Source: a virus (taxonomy: Duplodnaviria > Caudoviricetes). From it: a stretch of 58,283 nt of DNA. Below the pieces are notes generated by a model, which was not told where the DNA came from, did no database searches, and saw only the letters and a program-made list of their open reading frames with translations. A program made the position numbers and the translations under genes. Shown piece after piece: positions 36,558 to 46,266 of the stretch. Position 1 is the stretch's first letter. The number at the start of each line of letters is the position of its first letter. Location: IMG/VR virus record IMGVR_UViG_3300020477_000026, positions 1 to 58,283 of that record; one strand, 5' to 3'.

Positions 36558-36890
36558 TTATGCGTCAGCTACTTCACCCTGTGTAATAATTTCACGTGTA
36601 AATGGGTATGATAAGCTGTTATCACTCATGTATGTGCTTACACGCGTTCCAAGATCGTGGTATGCTGCCTCAGAAGCAAAATATTGATTGCAATGCATAA
36701 CATTGTCAATCAATTCCCACTCTGCAGTCGAAGATCCGTACAGGTTATTATCTGTACCAAGAGCACGACGAGCATTGTTGTGGTCTGCACCCAATGCATC
36801 TACAAAGTGCTTTTGTTTCCAAGAATCAACAGACCAAGTCTCGTTGTCGAGCTTTGAAACAAACTTCGACCGTACTTTCCATTGTGCCAT
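36558..36890 (-). CDS. Hypothetical protein, paralog of 36214-36555
   Basis: GGAGG SD; late promoter TATAAATA at 36936-36943. Confidence 0.65.
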   Translation of the reverse strand: MAQWKVRSKFVSKLDNETWSVDSWKQKHFVDALGADHNNARRALGTDNNLYGSSTAEWELIDNVMHCNQYFASEAAYHDLGTRVSTYMSDNSLSYPFTREIITQGEVADA

Positions 36891-36938
36891 TATTTCCTCC
36901 GTTAACGAATTAAATAGTTAGTGTTCGAACACTGATAT

Positions 36939-37151
36939 TTATAATCCTAAAACCCTAGAAGCCTTGTCCAATCCCTTTTTTGGATTGTAACTGTCACGGA
37001 AATACTCTTCTAGCTGTTCCATATAAAACGAAACATCACCATCAGTCTGCTCTTTGGCATCCTTGAATAAGTTGACAAGAGATCGTGTGTCAATCTTATC
37101 CGGACCGTCGAAAGCAGCTGCTCGGTAAGACTTACCTGGTCGTTGATGCAT
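36939..37151 (-). CDS. Hypothetical protein
   Basis: GAGGTG SD. Confidence 0.6.
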   Translation of the reverse strand: MHQRPGKSYRAAAFDGPDKIDTRSLVNLFKDAKEQTDGDVSFYMEQLEEYFRDSYNPKKGLDKASRVLGL

Positions 37152-37377
37152 AAATCACCTCTGCGTCACTCTTTGCGGATTTCAAACTCGTACGATGAAA
37201 GGGGACATGATCAAGGATTTGTATCTTGTACTTCTTACGATAATGATCGTTAGGATGCACAGTAGCTACCTTCATATCCATTACTCCATCTTGACCATGA
37301 CGTAATGCATATCCTTCATAATATACAAACCCAAGGTCACTCCTCATTCTACACCATCTTATAGGATCAGTCAACAT
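37132..37377 (-). CDS. Hypothetical protein
   Basis: ORF track; operon packing. Confidence 0.55.
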   Translation of the reverse strand: MLTDPIRWCRMRSDLGFVYYEGYALRHGQDGVMDMKVATVHPNDHYRKKYKIQILDHVPFHRTSLKSAKSDAEVIYASTTR

Positions 37378-37572
37378 CTAATTCTCCAAGTTTACGATAT
37401 CAGTATCTGTTAATCCAACAGCCTGTCTCAATGCATTGTTCTTTGCATACTTAGACTTAGGGACTAGCTTGTATGTTTCCAAGAAATAATGGACGTAAGC
37501 ATCTCTGCATTTTTGTTTGTCGGCTTTTTGTAGTCCATCTAAAAAATCTTGAGCAGCTTCAGAATAATACAT
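37378..37572 (-). CDS. Hypothetical protein
   Basis: GAGGT SD; promoter at 37600-37628. Confidence 0.6.
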   Translation of the reverse strand: MYYSEAAQDFLDGLQKADKQKCRDAYVHYFLETYKLVPKSKYAKNNALRQAVGLTDTDIVNLEN

Positions 37573-37599
37573 ATTTTACCTCGATCTCAAGTTCCTCTT

Positions 37600-37628
37600 A
37601 TTATAAATACTTTCACGATTTAAGTCAA
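37600..37628 (-). promoter_or_regulatory. sigma70-like promoter TTGACT-N17-TATAAT
   Basis: Near-consensus boxes and spacing. Confidence 0.7.
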
Positions 37629-37675
37629 CACCAACTAGGAGCCAATATGTTCGACTCCGCATCTCCTACAAAGTC

Positions 37676-37711
37676 AAAAGGTCCAGAGGCATGATGCCAC
37701 CTGGACCTTTT
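37676..37711. terminator. Bidirectional intrinsic terminator
   Basis: AAAAGGTCCAG...CTGGACCTTTT stem with A/T tails. Confidence 0.75.
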
Positions 37712-37719
37712 TTAGTTTC

Positions 37720-37859
37720 CTACATCAGACTGAGCACCCGAACCCCACGGATCTCTAAAGACATCGTACTCTCTTCCTCTGTCAAATTCCTGTTGGAATG
37801 ACACTTGCCACTAGGCTAAAGAACGTCCCCACGCTCCATGCACCTATAATCTGATGTAG
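37720..37859 (-). ncRNA. Candidate ~140-nt structured late ncRNA
   Basis: TATAAATA at 37860-37867, 10-bp closing stem CTACATCAGA/TCTGATGTAG, internal hairpins, downstream terminator, no ORF. Confidence 0.55.
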
Positions 37860-37873
37860 TATTTATAATTATA

Positions 37874-38059
37874 TTACCCTTGATCGTTCTGGTCAACGAA
37901 AAATTTTGGTGTGCGTCCACCAAATGCACCACCGAGATTAAGATGTCTTGCAAGACTTTGTGCCTCAGACTTCTTGGGAAATGAACCAACTACAAGTTCA
38001 GTTGCTATCTCAACAATAATCCATCTCTTTTCTTTTTTCTCTATCCTATACCCTTTCAT
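37874..38059 (-). CDS. Hypothetical protein
   Basis: AAGGAG SD; LNLGGAFGGRTPKFF. Confidence 0.6.
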   Translation of the reverse strand: MKGYRIEKKEKRWIIVEIATELVVGSFPKKSEAQSLARHLNLGGAFGGRTPKFFVDQNDQG

Positions 38060-38747
38060 GGTACAACTCCTTTAGGAAGTCTTTCATCTGCTCGAAGGAC
38101 TTCGATCTTATACTAAACCTAAACATTTTACGAACATCACCTTCAGCATATGCTCTATGTGAGTGTGTAGAATTAATCAACGCACATTGATAAAAGTAAT
38201 TAACATATTGATCTTTATCAGTTGGATCATGATAGCCAGTACTAAACGTACCATCTTCTCTTCTATATTGTATTGGTCCGTATGAATATGCTGTCCATGT
38301 ATCATCCCCTAACAGGATGTTTAAACTGCATTTAACGCTGTCACAGTGCCACCTGTGCTTAGACCATGGTTGTTGTACCCAAAATGCAATAGAGTCATCT
38401 TCTGTTAACTCTAAATGATCTTTCAATGCCATAATGTAGCTAAAATCAACTGAGCTTTCTCTACACTGCTCAAATGTCCATATGCTGTGAGTTAACCAAT
38501 CGTCTGTTGTCTTACCTTGGGAATCAACCCTTGCTCCACTTTTTGTACCCATAGCTATGTCATGTAGCTTGAGTAACGTATCATACTCTAACATTTTCCA
38601 ATTTAATGAATATACTTCATCGGTATCATAATAAGGCAATGACTCTGGTCGTTCCATAACCTGGCCAGTATGATAGACCATCTCAGCCTTACCTGATGGA
38701 GGTATATAGTTAGCTTGTTCAAAATCGTGGAAAGTGTCTTTGGTCAT
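38046..38747 (-). CDS. 2OG-Fe(II) oxygenase-like protein
   Basis: WHCD..KCSLN...ALINSTHSH...R.MFRFS. Confidence 0.55.
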   Translation of the reverse strand: MTKDTFHDFEQANYIPPSGKAEMVYHTGQVMERPESLPYYDTDEVYSLNWKMLEYDTLLKLHDIAMGTKSGARVDSQGKTTDDWLTHSIWTFEQCRESSVDFSYIMALKDHLELTEDDSIAFWVQQPWSKHRWHCDSVKCSLNILLGDDTWTAYSYGPIQYRREDGTFSTGYHDPTDKDQYVNYFYQCALINSTHSHRAYAEGDVRKMFRFSIRSKSFEQMKDFLKELYHERV

Positions 38748-40108
38748 TTGAATCCTTCAAATGCTTCCTTCATCCTTTGGTTAGTTTCTGACTGATCAAA
38801 TACTGGTATATCATCGAGCAAGTCATCCTGTGCGTGTTGCTCAACTGTGTAGAATGTCATCTTAGCTCTGTCAACACCTACAACAAACCTTCTATTAAGA
38901 GCTGGGTCACTATATCTGTTTTTCAACTGCTTGATCATTATCTGTCCTAGATCATCTAGTTCTTCTGTGCTAATAAGTGCAAACATGAAGTCAGCAGTGG
39001 CCGGAAGACCGAAGCTCTCCGAGGTGTCCTCAAGGCCCAGATCAGAACTCGTGTAACCCGATCTAGTTGTTTGTGTTGCAGAGACGATCGGCACGTCAAA
39101 TTCCACTGACAAACCTCGTAGCTCCTCTGCAATTGCCTTGACATACGTATACGAATTGACTCCTGCTCCATAACGAATCCTTGAGCTCATGCATATATTC
39201 AGATAATCAATATAGATAATATCAGGAACAAAATTCTTCTTTGTCTTTAATTCCTGCAAAAGATGTCGGAAGTGGTTACTACCTGCTCCAGTAGTAGGAT
39301 ACTCCTTGATGATAATCTTACCTTTGTGATTATCCTTAATTCTATTTATTTTCTTCTCATACACATCTTTTTCATAGGTACGTAACTCATCCATTGTCAC
39401 GCCCATTAGGTTTGCGTCAATACGTTCTGCAATCCTCTCCTCAGCCATCTCTAAGGTTACATAGAGAACATTCTTGTTGTCTCTAAGATTGCCTGCCGCA
39501 CAATGACACATGAACATACTTTTACCAACCCCAGTCCCAGCTAAACCAATGTTAAGGGTTTTCTTGGATAATCCACCGTTTGTGATCTCGTTAAACAACT
39601 CCAAGTCAAAAGGTACTTTTTCTTCCTTCTGATGATACCATTCGTATCTGGCATCAGCATCTTCTATTAAGTCATGTCCAATATGAGGATCAAAGTTAAC
39701 AGCCAAAGCATCGGAAAGGATAGTAGGTAGTGCACCCTTACCTTTGTCACTCTTACCATCGATCACTTGGATCGATTCCATAATGGCATTGTATATGGCT
39801 TTATCTTGACAGAACTTCTCAGTCTGGTCAAGAAGCCAATCCATCTGTTCAGCAGGTTCTTCTAACTTCTCTACAATATCTTTTGCAGCACCATGCTGCT
39901 CTTCAGTTAGATCATCAGCATTAGACAGATCAATAAGTACAGCGGGGCCCGAAGGAGCACGGTTGTACTTCTCGAAGTAATCAAATACAAGAGAGAATAT
40001 CTTGCGGTCTGTATAGTCGTGAAAGTATTCAGGCTTAAGGTAAGGAACTACCTTACGTATATATTCTTCATTCTGTATCAGATTCGACAGTATCGTCTTC
40101 TCTATCAT
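38744..40108 (-). CDS. 41: Replicative DNA helicase (T4 gp41-like)
   Basis: AGTGVGKS, TLEMAEE, DYLNI, SATQTTRSG, KNRY. Confidence 0.95.
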   Translation of the reverse strand: MIEKTILSNLIQNEEYIRKVVPYLKPEYFHDYTDRKIFSLVFDYFEKYNRAPSGPAVLIDLSNADDLTEEQHGAAKDIVEKLEEPAEQMDWLLDQTEKFCQDKAIYNAIMESIQVIDGKSDKGKGALPTILSDALAVNFDPHIGHDLIEDADARYEWYHQKEEKVPFDLELFNEITNGGLSKKTLNIGLAGTGVGKSMFMCHCAAGNLRDNKNVLYVTLEMAEERIAERIDANLMGVTMDELRTYEKDVYEKKINRIKDNHKGKIIIKEYPTTGAGSNHFRHLLQELKTKKNFVPDIIYIDYLNICMSSRIRYGAGVNSYTYVKAIAEELRGLSVEFDVPIVSATQTTRSGYTSSDLGLEDTSESFGLPATADFMFALISTEELDDLGQIMIKQLKNRYSDPALNRRFVVGVDRAKMTFYTVEQHAQDDLLDDIPVFDQSETNQRMKEAFEGFK

Positions 40109-41123
40109 TTACCATCCCATAGCTAAATTCATTCTTGGCCCATTGATCAATAATCATCATAACATCTTCAGTGAAGTACTTCTCTGGCTCTTTGTAAATA
40201 GCCTTTGGATATACTTTACCTTGTGGTGTTTCAATTCGATTAGCTGACTTGTTCCAAACACCTGCCTCTATACCAGCTTCCACCATTCCGTAGTACCGGT
40301 CAAGCCCTGTATCGTATCTTAGTAGAACTTCTACTGTTTTGTTCTCTTTGCTTAATCGAGACTTAAACATCTTGACCTTGATAATGTTACCAACAATCTC
40401 AGTACCATCACGTTCCTTCTTCTTACCAAGGTATGCAATGGTAGATGCGGCATACTTTAGGCCTGCACCTCCACCCATCTCCTTAGTAGGAATGTAACTA
40501 CCAATCACTTCATACACATGATTAGTAACTAGCATTGGTACATTGACCTTGGCTAGCTTCAAAGTAAGAACTCTGAATGCACCTTTGATTAACTGAGACT
40601 TTGTCATGTCTCTAACATCTTTACCAGCAGTACTATCTTCAACTTCCTTCTGTGTAGATAGAAGGCCCAACGAATCAAGGACCATCATCATAGGAGGTCT
40701 CTTATCTTCTGGAGTCTTTTCATACTGCTCAATCACATTAAGAGCATGTGTTCTAAACTTCTGGATTGTATCAGGTTCAGCAACAATAACTCTCTGAGTA
40801 TCGATTCCTCTAGTTTCCATCATCTCCTTTGTGACAGCTGCCTCTGTGTCATAGAACACAACCCCACCATCAGGATTGTCTGTAAGGAATTGTGATACAA
40901 CTCCGAGAACAAAGAACGTCTTACCAGTTGCACTCTCACCTGCAAACGCTGTTACCTTATTATTTGGTACACCTCCATAGATACTACCAGACAACACAGC
41001 ATTGAGAATATACGATCCAGTATCAATGGTCCCACTATACTCTCCACTAGCTAATCCATCGGCCGCAATGGATGTGTCCTCATCTTTTATGTCTTCGGCC
41101 AAGTTTCTAAAAAAGTCACTCAT
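40068..41123 (-). CDS. uvsX: RecA-like recombinase UvsX
   Basis: AGESATGKT, YDTE, LDSLG, MGGG.GLKYAAS. Confidence 0.92.
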   Translation of the reverse strand: MSDFFRNLAEDIKDEDTSIAADGLASGEYSGTIDTGSYILNAVLSGSIYGGVPNNKVTAFAGESATGKTFFVLGVVSQFLTDNPDGGVVFYDTEAAVTKEMMETRGIDTQRVIVAEPDTIQKFRTHALNVIEQYEKTPEDKRPPMMMVLDSLGLLSTQKEVEDSTAGKDVRDMTKSQLIKGAFRVLTLKLAKVNVPMLVTNHVYEVIGSYIPTKEMGGGAGLKYAASTIAYLGKKKERDGTEIVGNIIKVKMFKSRLSKENKTVEVLLRYDTGLDRYYGMVEAGIEAGVWNKSANRIETPQGKVYPKAIYKEPEKYFTEDVMMIIDQWAKNEFSYGMVNDREDDTVESDTE

Positions 41124-41127
41124 ATTT

Positions 41128-41943
41128 TCACCTTACGTTTAAAATATCTTTTGTGTCAAGTTCTACAATCCCTTTGCGTCTGTAGTAACTCTTTCTTTTT
41201 GGTTTTGTTAAACCAATGTTAGCAGCTAGAAGAAGCAAAACAGCCAAGGGATCGAACACAATAATAACAAAAATAATAGTCCACCGAACAGCTGTTTCCA
41301 ACTGATCTGTTCCCACGTTTGATCCGTACACGAGCTCAGCAACATACCTGATAGGTCCAACGTCAGCCTCCAGCTTTATTTGTTCTTTTTGGAGCGTTGC
41401 TCTCTTAGTTTGGAGAGCTGAGATTGCACTTGCAGCCTCATCGATAGATCCATTAAGGTCATCTCGTTCTTCTCGTTGGGACTTCCTGACTGCAAGGGAG
41501 CCATCGGGTCCTCGAATGCGGTCGTACTCGATAAGAGTCTGAACTTGAGAATCGAGCTGGGAGATAACGTTTTCTGCATCGGTAATAATCCTCTGTTGAC
41601 GGTTTATCTGCTTATCCAATTGGGATATCTGTATTGTATTATCCCCCGATTGCAGGGTTTGGTCAATATGGGCTTTCGATAAAAATCCAAATATTCCTAA
41701 ACTTGTAATCAGCATTAGTAGAATTACTGCACCACTGAGATAGTATTTCAAGAACTTGGGTGTTATTTTCCAATTCTGATATAGCCAGGACACAGTTACT
41801 AATTTGGCAACTTCAAGTGACGTGCCCATTATTGCAACTGGAATAACTGCAGCTGCAAAGATTGCTACGAGCCCAACAATAGAGTAGTAAGCTGCTATAG
41901 CTGAAACAGCAATAGCAACAAAAAGCGCTAACCAATGAATCAA
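41128..41943 (-). CDS. Membrane protein with coiled coil
   Basis: Multiple TMs; GFLSKAH, VGPIRY, FDPLAV. Confidence 0.7.
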   Translation of the reverse strand: MIHWLALFVAIAVSAIAAYYSIVGLVAIFAAAVIPVAIMGTSLEVAKLVTVSWLYQNWKITPKFLKYYLSGAVILLMLITSLGIFGFLSKAHIDQTLQSGDNTIQISQLDKQINRQQRIITDAENVISQLDSQVQTLIEYDRIRGPDGSLAVRKSQREERDDLNGSIDEAASAISALQTKRATLQKEQIKLEADVGPIRYVAELVYGSNVGTDQLETAVRWTIIFVIIVFDPLAVLLLLAANIGLTKPKRKSYYRRKGIVELDTKDILNVR

Positions 41944-42212
41944 CTGTTATATACTTTTGTAAGCTGGTCTCTAAACTGTTCGACCTTATCCATTCGGTTT
42001 GGCCAATAGATATATTCTTTCTCAGGATTCTTCTGTAGATTGTTCAGAAGAGGCATAATCATATTGTACAGACTGTCGATCTTATTCTGTACATCACTAG
42101 AAACTGCCTGGGCTTTTTGTGCTGCCAGAACACTATCTTGAACTGCATCTAACTCTTCGGCATCCATTGCTGTGAAGCCAAAGTCAAAATCCATACCAGG
42201 TTTAACTGCCAT
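41940..42212 (-). CDS. Conserved small protein downstream of gp43
   Basis: DFDFGFT...PLLNNL.KNPEKEYIYWPNR; ATG 42212 overlaps the gp43 stop. Confidence 0.7.
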   Translation of the reverse strand: MAVKPGMDFDFGFTAMDAEELDAVQDSVLAAQKAQAVSSDVQNKIDSLYNMIMPLLNNLQKNPEKEYIYWPNRMDKVEQFRDQLTKVYNS

Positions 42213-44821
42213 TAGAAATAATCCTCCAACGTAGCCTGTCCTTGTTCTACCTTCCACCCAATAGTTTCTGTGATAGTCTTCATCGGTTCAAGAAAGCTCT
42301 TCTCAAACTGTTTCTGATAATCAATATACTCTTCCACACCAAATTGTTTTGGTAGTGCTTGTGCAATTGAGATGACATTCTCACGAGCAGGGTTCGGTAG
42401 TTTCAAGTAACAGAACTTAATTTTATCTCCTTCATAGACCGGATTGTATGTATTCACTAAATCATACCTATCCAGCATATCATTATAAACCAGTGCCCCA
42501 CGTACATGGATTGGTGTACCTTTAGCATAAATTCTCGGTCCTTGACCTTTATATTTAGCTAAACCCTTAACCCCACGTGGGAACGCAATGTCTTCAAACG
42601 CAGACGAGAAGAACTGCTTTCTAAACGATTCAACAAAGTCTAACAAGCTACGTTCATCTTGCTCCATGATAATCCGTATAGCTTTCTTCATGTTGTCTCT
42701 ACAGATCAAAGGAACAGACGATCGTTGAGTCTCTAGTCCCATAATCTTCATATATGGTTCTTTGAACCTTGTGCCTTCAAGATCAAACACATGCAATGCA
42801 TACCGCTTCTTAGCTGTCCATATACCTTTGTCAGCAAGAGCCTCACGCTTCATGAACATCTTCTGTTCATAAGCATTCATATACGTAGCAAGTTTATTGT
42901 ACACCTTATCAATATATGGTTCAATAATCTTCTCAGCAGCACGGTCCATCCAGTCGATGATATTATCCGTAGTAGGCGTCTTTCCTTCAAAAGTTTTATC
43001 AACCAGCCTGTCAAGAGTGATATACATCGAATCTGTATCACACGCAATAACATAGTCTTCTCCTTCTGTACCAAGCGTCTTATTCATCCAATCGTTTACA
43101 TGCTTCTCAGCCCAACGAATGGACAATTGCCCGGACAGTGTTATTGATTCAGCATATCGAATATCAAACCATCTGAAGTACTGGTTACCTAGTGCACCAT
43201 AAGCACTGTTCAGCTGAATCTTTTTAGCCATCTGCATATTGTCTAATTTAGCAATCTCAGCAGATAGGTCTTCTCCAGTATCCTCTTGCTTCTGTCTAAC
43301 CTCGAGCATTTGCTTCTTGTATACAACACGGTCGTTGTACATCTTTTCCATTAACTTCGGAAGGAATCCTTTGAAGTCTTTTGTATACAATGCACCAGAG
43401 CCAGCCATAGCAAAGTTATTTGTTTCCAACCATTCTCTTAGTTCTTGGTTCTCATCAAGGTAGCCATTAAGCATCCTATCGATATGTATACCAGAGTATG
43501 GATGTATGATCTCTTTTGGTATCTTATATGAGTCCATTCCAACAAACGTGTCGGGACCAATATTATATTGCATAATCAAATGAGGGTATAGACTATTCAA
43601 GTCAAACGAAACAACCCACTTATGCATACCAGTCTGAGGATCCTTAACATATGCACCCTCAACTTGTCGTTCCTTCTCTTCAACTTGCAACAGAGGAACA
43701 ACAACGTTTCTTTCATACAGATAGTTATGTATGATGATATCCCACATCCGGACAGATGTAAATGCGTCCTGCATATTGACTTTACCATCGTAAGCAATGG
43801 CATATGCTAGCTCGAGCAGTCCTAGTTTCTTATCCAGTTTATCGACAAGCTCAACGTCCTTGATGTTGTACTCAATGAACTTCTGGTAGTCATTCTTATA
43901 CAATGACATCAGTCCATCATACTCACTATAGTCCAACTTCTTCTCACCAAGCTCAACACTACAAATATTATCTAGTGAGTAGCTCTCTTGCTGCGTATAT
44001 GTAAACTTTCTATACAGAGCAAGGTAGTCAAGAATGTTGATACCTAGTATCTCTGTAGCCCGTCTGATTCCTCTCGACTGACCTCTTTCTTGCCATGCAC
44101 TAACAGCACGGCTTTCCTTGAACGAACCATCTTGTTCATTCTGGTACTTGAAGTCAATCTTTTTATGAGGACTCAGACGGAGAGCAGTTTCCTGATCAAA
44201 GAGATTAATGATCCTGTTAATGATGTATGGTATATCGAAGTTCTCGACGTTCCATCCAGTAACAACATCAACCTTTAACTCTTCCCACAGATTGAGAAAA
44301 TCCAATAACAAGTGGTGCTCACTATCAGACTTGATATAAGTTACATCAGGTCTATCATTATCAAAATCACCACAACCTATAACATACACATGGTCTCTGC
44401 ATTTGATACAGATAGCAGTGATCGGCTTAGCTGCTTCTGTGATGTCAGGGAACCCTTCATCAGCAGCCACCTCAATATCAATGTTAGCAACAGTGATAAG
44501 AGAAGCGTCATATTTAACAGTGCCAGGAAACGCCTCATTAAGAAACACATACAGATGGTTAGTCAGTCCATAGATTTCATAACCTTTGACATCCTTAAAC
44601 TTCTTTATGTGCTCTCGACATTCGAATATATTCTCGAAGTCGATTCGTTTGACAGGTTTGCCTTTTAGGCTAGTAAACTCAGAGTTGCCTCTAAACTTAT
44701 CTGTTGCAACGAACATATGTGGAGCGTAACGAACACGGTCAGTAAAACGACGTCCGTTTTCATATCCTACGACATAAATGTTATTGCCGAGGAGGTGCGC
44801 ATTGGTATAGAATTTACTCAT
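42212..44821 (-). CDS. 43: Family B DNA polymerase (T4 gp43-like)
   Basis: DIEV, GWN..FD, SFDLNSLYP, KIQLNSAYG, CDTDS, KKRY. Confidence 0.96.
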   Translation of the reverse strand: MSKFYTNAHLLGNNIYVVGYENGRRFTDRVRYAPHMFVATDKFRGNSEFTSLKGKPVKRIDFENIFECREHIKKFKDVKGYEIYGLTNHLYVFLNEAFPGTVKYDASLITVANIDIEVAADEGFPDITEAAKPITAICIKCRDHVYVIGCGDFDNDRPDVTYIKSDSEHHLLLDFLNLWEELKVDVVTGWNVENFDIPYIINRIINLFDQETALRLSPHKKIDFKYQNEQDGSFKESRAVSAWQERGQSRGIRRATEILGINILDYLALYRKFTYTQQESYSLDNICSVELGEKKLDYSEYDGLMSLYKNDYQKFIEYNIKDVELVDKLDKKLGLLELAYAIAYDGKVNMQDAFTSVRMWDIIIHNYLYERNVVVPLLQVEEKERQVEGAYVKDPQTGMHKWVVSFDLNSLYPHLIMQYNIGPDTFVGMDSYKIPKEIIHPYSGIHIDRMLNGYLDENQELREWLETNNFAMAGSGALYTKDFKGFLPKLMEKMYNDRVVYKKQMLEVRQKQEDTGEDLSAEIAKLDNMQMAKKIQLNSAYGALGNQYFRWFDIRYAESITLSGQLSIRWAEKHVNDWMNKTLGTEGEDYVIACDTDSMYITLDRLVDKTFEGKTPTTDNIIDWMDRAAEKIIEPYIDKVYNKLATYMNAYEQKMFMKREALADKGIWTAKKRYALHVFDLEGTRFKEPYMKIMGLETQRSSVPLICRDNMKKAIRIIMEQDERSLLDFVESFRKQFFSSAFEDIAFPRGVKGLAKYKGQGPRIYAKGTPIHVRGALVYNDMLDRYDLVNTYNPVYEGDKIKFCYLKLPNPARENVISIAQALPKQFGVEEYIDYQKQFEKSFLEPMKTITETIGWKVEQGQATLEDYF

Positions 44822-44847
44822 ATTACTATACTAATCGATGTCTGGGA

Positions 44848-45078
44848 TTAGGTCAACACATTAATTGTGGATTCGTGGGGATTTGGAATTGTTTCTAATT
44901 TAGCAAATCTGTCGTATGTGATAATGGCAACTTCTGTTGTTGACATAACTCTACCTTGGTAGTCGACGTGCTCAGTTCTGTGCAGATGCGTAAACCCATT
45001 TGCAGATTGCAATGGTATCATGAACGTTGAATATAACGATGAGATTACACCAATTGGCTCAATTGGGCTAACTGACAT
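44848..45078 (-). CDS. Hypothetical protein
   Basis: ORF track; overlaps lysozyme stop. Confidence 0.5.
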   Translation of the reverse strand: MSVSPIEPIGVISSLYSTFMIPLQSANGFTHLHRTEHVDYQGRVMSTTEVAIITYDRFAKLETIPNPHESTINVLT

Positions 45079-45511
45079 CCCTCATCCTAGCTACGAGACG
45101 TTCAGCCCGTGCACCAACTTGATTGTACCATCTACTATCAACCATCTCATCGGCTGCTTCATTCCAGTTCTGAGAATCAACTCCGCGTTTCATTCCTTTG
45201 AACTTCGACAGTCTTGGATATCCGAGGTTGAACATCATATTAGCAATTATTTGCTGAGCCTCTTCTGGCAAGCTGTCGAATTCCGGATAAAGTCTGCTGC
45301 AGTCAGACAAGACTGTTTCGATATCTTGGTCGAAGGCTTCAACGCATCTATCGGGTGAGACAGGGGTGTCAACGGCAAGCCCATGTTCTGGGTCATCTTC
45401 TCTAACAAGATGACCGATCCCAAAAGTAGGATAGCCGAGATGATCAAGGTAGATCCTATGTACAATACCTTCATCTATTTCTAACTGCCTTCTTAACTTA
45501 TCTACATCCAT
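45068..45511 (-). CDS. T4-type lysozyme (GH24) endolysin
   Basis: DEG...YLDHLGYPTFGIGHL, NMMFNLG, DSRWYNQV..RA.R. Confidence 0.9.
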   Translation of the reverse strand: MDVDKLRRQLEIDEGIVHRIYLDHLGYPTFGIGHLVREDDPEHGLAVDTPVSPDRCVEAFDQDIETVLSDCSRLYPEFDSLPEEAQQIIANMMFNLGYPRLSKFKGMKRGVDSQNWNEAADEMVDSRWYNQVGARAERLVARMRDVS

Positions 45512-45529
45512 TATTCACCTCTCAGTTAT

Positions 45530-45559
45530 AAAAAGTGCGGGCTAACCGTGGGCACCGCG
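45530..45559 (-). terminator. Hairpin with U-tail downstream of hsp20
   Basis: rc GCGGTGC-CCACGGTTA-GCCCGC-ACTTTTT. Confidence 0.45.
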
Positions 45560-45600
45560 CGTGTGTATTAAGGCACAACCCTTCCGGGGGGCGGACCCTG

Positions 45601-46086
45601 TTATTTAGCTGAAACTTTCTGGGCCCCTTCTTGAAGCAAGGTCTTTTTAGAAGACCCTAAAACTACTTTTCTTGGTTTTAACTGTTCCGGAATAAGCCGG
45701 ACGAAATCAATAACCAAGACTCCATCGACTAAGTCGGCTCCTTCGACTTCGACAAACTCTGCAACTGAGAATGCCTTTTGAAACCTACGAGTCCCGATGC
45801 CCTTGTGGACATAGTCCCGAGCCTCTTCTTCGGTAGGATTCTTCTCACCAGTAATGGTGACTTTGTTTTCTTTGACTTCAACATCTAACTCCTCTTTGCT
45901 GAAACCCGCTACTGCTAACTCAATTGAGAAGCGGTCGTCATCATGCTTAATGATGTTATAAGGTGGATACCCTTGTTGGCTAGTGTTATGGCCAACGGAT
46001 GCTAGAGTTTCAAACATACTATCAAAACCGATAGCAGTGGAACGAAAGGGATCAAAAATGTTATGAAGATTGCTATGTGTAACCAT
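45601..46086 (-). CDS. hsp20: Small heat-shock protein Hsp20 (IbpA-like)
   Basis: IGFD, YPPYNI, IELAVAGF, HKGIGTRRF. Confidence 0.92.
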   Translation of the reverse strand: MVTHSNLHNIFDPFRSTAIGFDSMFETLASVGHNTSQQGYPPYNIIKHDDDRFSIELAVAGFSKEELDVEVKENKVTITGEKNPTEEEARDYVHKGIGTRRFQKAFSVAEFVEVEGADLVDGVLVIDFVRLIPEQLKPRKVVLGSSKKTLLQEGAQKVSAK

Positions 46087-46090
46087 TGTT

Positions 46091-46140
46091 ACCTCCTATT
46101 AAAGCAAGGTTAAATTAATGCACCTCTTATGAGCGTGCAT
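46091..46140 (-). promoter_or_regulatory. ROSE-like RNA thermometer in the hsp20 5' UTR
   Basis: ACCUUGCU pairs with SD AGGAGGU with a bulged G; upstream AUGCAC...GUGCAU hairpin. Confidence 0.6.
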
Positions 46141-46144
46141 ACTC

Positions 46145-46173
46145 AATATAATATATTTATGCTTGAAAGTCAA
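46145..46173 (-). promoter_or_regulatory. Promoter TTGACT-N17-TATATT with embedded ATAAATA
   Basis: Upstream of the hsp20 leader. Confidence 0.55.
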
Positions 46174-46266
46174 CAGTTTTCATCTGGTTCATAAATATAT
46201 TTTGGTCTTTTCTTGGGTTCCATACTACGGTATTTCAACAACAAATACCAAAGAAGAACTTGCTTT

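Noticed and set aside
37636-37670. tRNA-like element (GTTCGA motif)
   Set aside because: Cannot be folded into a cloverleaf; only a short hairpin.
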